The translations under genes were made by a program, and so were the position numbers. A DNA stretch of 64,000 bases from Alphaproteobacteria bacterium. Its GTDB lineage: Bacteria > Pseudomonadota > Alphaproteobacteria > Caedimonadales > UBA9215. The notes beneath the pieces are model-generated. The model was not told where the DNA came from, ran no database searches, and was given only the letters and a program-made list of their open reading frames with translations. Each line of letters opens with the position of its first letter. Position 1 is the first letter of the stretch. Location: positions 25,495 through 89,494 of the forward strand of contig JAACSN010000005.1 in NCBI GenBank assembly GCA_009993885.1, given 5' to 3'. This document shows, one piece after another, positions 59,936 through 64,000 of this stretch.

Positions 59936-59987
59936 ACTTAGCTATTATCAATAGGGTTTCCCTTCACGTTAAAAAACAGGAACTACA

Positions 59988-60539
59988 GTGTTTAAAATTA
60001 AAAACATCGCCAACATCCTTACCTTAATACGTATTGCGCTTATTCCCGTTTTAATCGGGCTTTTTTATATTGAGGCTCCCTTTAGTTTTATAACGGCTTC
60101 TATTCTGTTTTTAATTGCCTGCCTCACTGATTATTTTGACGGCGTTGTCGCCAGAGCCACCCAACAAGAAAGTGACGTCGGGCGTTTTCTGGATCCCTTA
60201 GCCGATAAGCTTATTATCGCAGCCGCTTTAATTATGCTCGCCGGATTTAATCGCATTAACGGACTAACGCTGATTCCGGCGGTGATTATTTTATGTCGTG
60301 AAATTTTAGTTTCAGGATTAAGAGAACACCTCTCTACTTTGAATATTTCCCTTCCTGTCACGCGCTTATCAAAGTGGAAAACAACCGTTCAAATGTTTGG
60401 TATCGGCTTTTTAATTGTAGGCGATGCCCTGCCCGTTTTCCCCTTTGAAACCGTCGGCCTGTATTGCTTTTGGCTTGCAGGCATCTTGACCCTTATTACG
60501 GGCTATGATTATCTTCGCAAAAGCCTAAAGCACATGTAA
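59988..60539 (+). CDS. pgsA: CDP-diacylglycerol--glycerol-3-phosphate 3-phosphatidyltransferase
   Basis: The CDP-alcohol phosphotransferase motif DYFDGVVARATQQESDVGRFLDPLADK is present. The start is GTG. The uvrC-pgsA order is conserved. Confidence 0.9.
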   Translation: MFKIKNIANILTLIRIALIPVLIGLFYIEAPFSFITASILFLIACLTDYFDGVVARATQQESDVGRFLDPLADKLIIAAALIMLAGFNRINGLTLIPAVIILCREILVSGLREHLSTLNISLPVTRLSKWKTTVQMFGIGFLIVGDALPVFPFETVGLYCFWLAGILTLITGYDYLRKSLKHM

Positions 60540-60573
60540 TACATAGTTATTGAAAAGGATATCAAGGCGAACT

Positions 60574-63500
60574 CTAATGCGCCTCGTCCCAATTATTTCC
60601 TATCACGACATCAACAACTAACGGCACATTAAGATAAATAACTTTTTCCATAAGGTGTTGAATTTTAGGAGAAAGCTCCTCAACCAATTCTTCCTTAATT
60701 TCAAAAATCAGTTCGTCGTGCACTTGCAATAAAAGCCCTGCAGCTTCTCCGGTAAGGCTCTTTTGATTGCACCCGTAAGGACCGACAATAGGACACGTAG
60801 ATTGAGTCAAAGTAATGGTTCCGGGCTCTCGAAGAGTCTTTTTTTCTTCTTTCGGCATTCCTAAACTAACGCCTTCGGGAAGATCAAAAAAATCAAGTTG
60901 AGGAATACTTTTAGCAGATTCTTTTGTCACCGCATCCCCTCTATACTGAGGAAAAACCTCTTCAAAAGAACTCTCTTTTTCAGATGCATTATAAGGGGCT
61001 AAAAGACCTGAAAGACCGTTCATCGCCCGCTTAATAATATCCGCCGAAGACCCTTGAAGCGGAGCGTTAGTTGCCTGACGTTCGGCAAAAGCACGACGCA
61101 TAGGGTTTGTATCATGAAGGCCTTTGATATAACAATGACGTCCCAAAATGGTTTCAATATAACCTTGTTCTCGGGCGATATTTTTTTGCTTTTCCATATA
61201 GCGGCGAATCCCGGGATAGCGCTCGTAATATGTCTCGATATGTTTTGCCGCTTCTTGGCGAGATATGTTCAGTTGGCGCGCTAAACCAAAGGCGCTAATG
61301 CCGTAAATAATTCCAAAATTAATTGCTTTTGCAGAACGCCTCACCTCTGAAGTAACCTCATCCAAAGGGATAGAAAAAATATCAGAAGCCGTGGCTGCAT
61401 GAATATCTCGTCCCTCTTTAAAAGCTTTTTTAAGGGAGTCCATATCTGCCATATGCGCCAATAGCCGCAGCTCAATTTGCGAGTAATCCAAGGACACAAG
61501 TTTGTACCCCTTTTGTGCCGTGAAGGCTTGACGAATTTGCCGACCTTCTTCTGTTCGGATGGGGATATTTTGCAAGTTCGGATCAGAAGACGATAAGCGT
61601 CCCGTTGAGGTTACCGTCAACCCGTAAGTGGTATGAACTCGCCCTGATTCTGTGGAAATTTCATGGGGTAAAGCATCACAATAGGTACTTTTCAGCTTTG
61701 AATAATGGCGCCATTCAAGAACTTTTTCTGCTATTCCATGTCCTTCCTCGGCTAACTTATCCAAGACATCAACGCCCGTGGAGAAGGCGCCCGTTTTGCT
61801 TTTTTTACCGCCGGTGAGTCCCATCTCATCAAAGAGAACTTCCCCCAACTGTTTGGGGGAGGCAATGTTAAATTCACGACCCGCAAGCGTATAAATTTCG
61901 CAGGATAAACGCTCAATATGTTGTGCAAAATCGGTACTCATCTTGCTTAAAATCCGAGGATCAACCAAGACGCCCTTATGCTCCATAAGAGCTAAAACTT
62001 TAACCATGGGTAAATCCACGGTGTAATAAACAGTATGGGCTTTTTTCTCTAAAAGACGCTGACGCAAAAGGTGGAACAACCGAAAAGTATAATCGGCATC
62101 TTCAGCGGCATAGGCTGTTGCTTTACTCAATTCAACATTAGAAAAATTCACATCCTTAGAAGCGCTCTCTTTCTTAATCTCCTCCATAAGGTCTTTAAAT
62201 TTCAACATCTCATGATCAAAATAAGTCAAAGCCAACTCGTCCAATCCGTGGCCGCGGGTAACGCCGTCACAGCAATAGGACATAACCATAGTGTCTTCAT
62301 AAGAGGCAATCTCGATGCCGTAATTCAACATAATTCGCATATCATATTTGAGGTTTTGCCCCACAACTTTTACCGCCGGATTTTGCAATAAATCCTTTAA
62401 AAGGCCGAGCACCTCTTGGAGGTCGACTTGTCCTTCGCAGGGAGTTTCTCTATCACGCCGATGAGCCAACGGAACATAACAGGCCTTACCGATTTCGTAA
62501 CTTAAGGAAAAACCAACCAAATCGGCTTTTGTCGGATTTAAGGCCGTTGTCTCCGTATCAAAGGCTACGATACCTGCATCCCTAGCTTGAAAAATCCATC
62601 GTTTCAATGTTTCTAAATCTTGAATTAAGGTATAGTCTTGAGGCGCTTTTTGGAGATAGGCAATCAAAGAAGTTTCTGTTTGAGAAGGCACTTTTTCCCC
62701 TGCCGGAGGCCGAATAAGGCCACGTTTTAAGAGGCGCCCAATAAGGGTATTAAAACCTTGTTCAATTAAAAACTTATGGAGTTTTTCCGAGTCGGGTTGA
62801 TGCAAAACCAAATCCTGCAAACGCAATTCCAAGGGCGCATCCGTTGCCAACGTTACCAGCTCCCTTGACATTCGCGCATCATCGGCATACTTAATTAAAC
62901 TTTCCCGACGCTTGGGTTGTTTGACGGTATGAGCCAGCTCTAAAAGCCTATCAAGGTCACCAAATTCATTAATCAAAAGGGCTGCCGTTTTAACGCCGAT
63001 ACCGGGAACTCCGGGAATATTATCCGAGGCATCTCCTGCAAGAGCCTGAATATCAACAACTTTATCAGGATGCACGCCGAATTTCGTCTTCACCTCGTCA
63101 TACCCGATAAAGGTATTTTTCATCGGATCCATGAGGCGAACTTTGTCATTGACAAGTTGCATTAAGTCCTTATCGGAACTGACAATAGTAACGTCATTTC
63201 CTTGTTCTACGGCTTGTTTTGCATAGGTAGCGATAATGTCGTCTGCCTCATATCCAAGAAGCTCTATTTGAGGCAAATTAAAAGCCTCGCAAGCTTCTCG
63301 AAACAAAGGAAATTGCGGGATTAAATCTTCGGGCGTTTCCGAGCGGTTGGCTTTGTAATCGGGATAAATATCATGACGATAATTTCCTCGAGCACTATCA
63401 AAAACCACTGCCATATTATCGATGTTGTTTGCATCTAAAAGCTTTAAAATAATATTACAAAATCCCAAAACAGCACCAACCGGGGTGCCGTCTCCCCGTG

Positions 63501-63645
63501 TCAGCGGCGGCAAAGCATGGTACGCTCGAAAAATAAACCCGGACCCGTCAATAAGGTAGATATGCTTTCCGCTTGTCCGAGCTGTGCCTTGGCCGGAGGT
63601 TTTAGAAGTTGCTGATTCTGTTATATTTTTTGAAGGATTTTCCAT
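60574..63645 (-). CDS. polA: DNA polymerase I
   Basis: The 1023-aa product has a 5' nuclease domain (YLIDGSGFIFRAYHALP), a 3'-5' exonuclease domain (VAFDTETTAL), motif A DYSQIELR, motif B RRSAKAINFGIIYG and motif C QVHDELIFE. An extra segment of about 80 aa lies between QGSSADIIKRAM and QVHDE. Confidence 0.96.
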   Translation of the reverse strand: MENPSKNITESATSKTSGQGTARTSGKHIYLIDGSGFIFRAYHALPPLTRGDGTPVGAVLGFCNIILKLLDANNIDNMAVVFDSARGNYRHDIYPDYKANRSETPEDLIPQFPLFREACEAFNLPQIELLGYEADDIIATYAKQAVEQGNDVTIVSSDKDLMQLVNDKVRLMDPMKNTFIGYDEVKTKFGVHPDKVVDIQALAGDASDNIPGVPGIGVKTAALLINEFGDLDRLLELAHTVKQPKRRESLIKYADDARMSRELVTLATDAPLELRLQDLVLHQPDSEKLHKFLIEQGFNTLIGRLLKRGLIRPPAGEKVPSQTETSLIAYLQKAPQDYTLIQDLETLKRWIFQARDAGIVAFDTETTALNPTKADLVGFSLSYEIGKACYVPLAHRRDRETPCEGQVDLQEVLGLLKDLLQNPAVKVVGQNLKYDMRIMLNYGIEIASYEDTMVMSYCCDGVTRGHGLDELALTYFDHEMLKFKDLMEEIKKESASKDVNFSNVELSKATAYAAEDADYTFRLFHLLRQRLLEKKAHTVYYTVDLPMVKVLALMEHKGVLVDPRILSKMSTDFAQHIERLSCEIYTLAGREFNIASPKQLGEVLFDEMGLTGGKKSKTGAFSTGVDVLDKLAEEGHGIAEKVLEWRHYSKLKSTYCDALPHEISTESGRVHTTYGLTVTSTGRLSSSDPNLQNIPIRTEEGRQIRQAFTAQKGYKLVSLDYSQIELRLLAHMADMDSLKKAFKEGRDIHAATASDIFSIPLDEVTSEVRRSAKAINFGIIYGISAFGLARQLNISRQEAAKHIETYYERYPGIRRYMEKQKNIAREQGYIETILGRHCYIKGLHDTNPMRRAFAERQATNAPLQGSSADIIKRAMNGLSGLLAPYNASEKESSFEEVFPQYRGDAVTKESAKSIPQLDFFDLPEGVSLGMPKEEKKTLREPGTITLTQSTCPIVGPYGCNQKSLTGEAAGLLLQVHDELIFEIKEELVEELSPKIQHLMEKVIYLNVPLVVDVVIGNNWDEAH

Positions 63646-63722
63646 GGAATATAAACTGCTGACTTTAATTATGAGACTTGGTATAAGATAACATAAAATG
63701 AAACTTAAACTAGGGAGCTAAC

Positions 63723-64000
63723 ATGATTTCTGACGATATCTCGATTCCCCTGTGTATCGACTTAGACGGTACGCTAATCAAAGAAGATACGACACAAATG
63801 GCTGCCCTGAAATATGGCGGATGGAATCCTTTCAAATGGCTTCAAATCGGCATTTGGTTTCTTTATAAACGTCATGCTTATATGAAGGAAAAACTTGCAC
63901 AACATATTACTCTCACCTCGGATGATTGGACAATCATCCCCTCTATGCTTCAACTCATAAAAGAAGAAGCAAAAGCCGGCAGAAAGATATTTCTTGTCAG
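63723..64000 (+). CDS. HAD-like hydrolase domain protein, 3' end off the window
   Basis: The ATG has a GGGAG RBS. The N-terminal motif is LCIDLDGTLIKEDT (the DxDGT of the HAD family). The frame stays open to the window edge. Confidence 0.55.
   Translation, partial: MISDDISIPLCIDLDGTLIKEDTTQMAALKYGGWNPFKWLQIGIWFLYKRHAYMKEKLAQHITLTSDDWTIIPSMLQLIKEEAKAGRKIFLV

Noticed and set aside
60740-60995. PolA insertion as an intein
   Set aside because: At about 80 aa it is too short. It contains no His at all, so there is no terminal His-Asn, and it has no nucleophile arrangement at the junctions.
1-64000. rRNA genes, CRISPR arrays, intact IS elements, integrases, prophage genes
   Set aside because: None was found on either strand. 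The only mobile-element traces are the IS1595 fragment and the 63-bp direct repeat reported above.

Overview
This is a chromosomal window from a moderately AT-rich alphaproteobacterium. The class assignment rests on a clear CtrA orthologue, ihfA, and the conserved blocks ybeY-corC, dapF-mtaB-ftsY, hisS-prfA-prmC-uvrB, cmk-rpsA and uvrC-pgsA; any finer lineage call, or a host-associated lifestyle, is inference. About 45 CDSs are confidently housekeeping: dnaE, polA, uvrB, uvrC, aspS, hisS, rpsA, fumC, glnA, thyX, asnB, ampG and others. There is one tRNA-Pro(UGG) and no rRNA or CRISPR array. About ten ORFan genes sit between the core genes, almost all with N-terminal signal peptides, and none matches a family I can name with certainty. 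The most unusual locus is 41.7-46.0 kb. There, a single-gene, AT-rich segment of about 1.8 kb is bracketed by a perfect 63-bp direct repeat that duplicates the 3' end of tsaC. The segment encodes a secreted 562-aa protein with an NLS-like basic cluster and a HicA/YcfA-like C-terminus. It is transcribed divergently from a 750-aa signal-peptide protein with a DUF294-type nucleotidyltransferase core that lacks the usual cNMP/CBS sensor modules. Other points worth a second look: (1) the tail of a pilus or type II secretion-like cluster, with a TPR-secretin fusion and two pseudopilins that have Ala instead of Gly at the -1 cleavage position; (2) an insertion of about 80 aa in the PolA polymerase domain; (3) an IS1595-family transposase remnant next to a visibly GC-richer ORF; (4) six perfect TTAA-N7-TTAA (CtrA-box) motifs in intergenic regions, one of them upstream of ctrA itself; (5) two perfect palindromes in promoter regions. 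All functional calls come from reading the translated ORFs and recalling family motifs. No database search was run.
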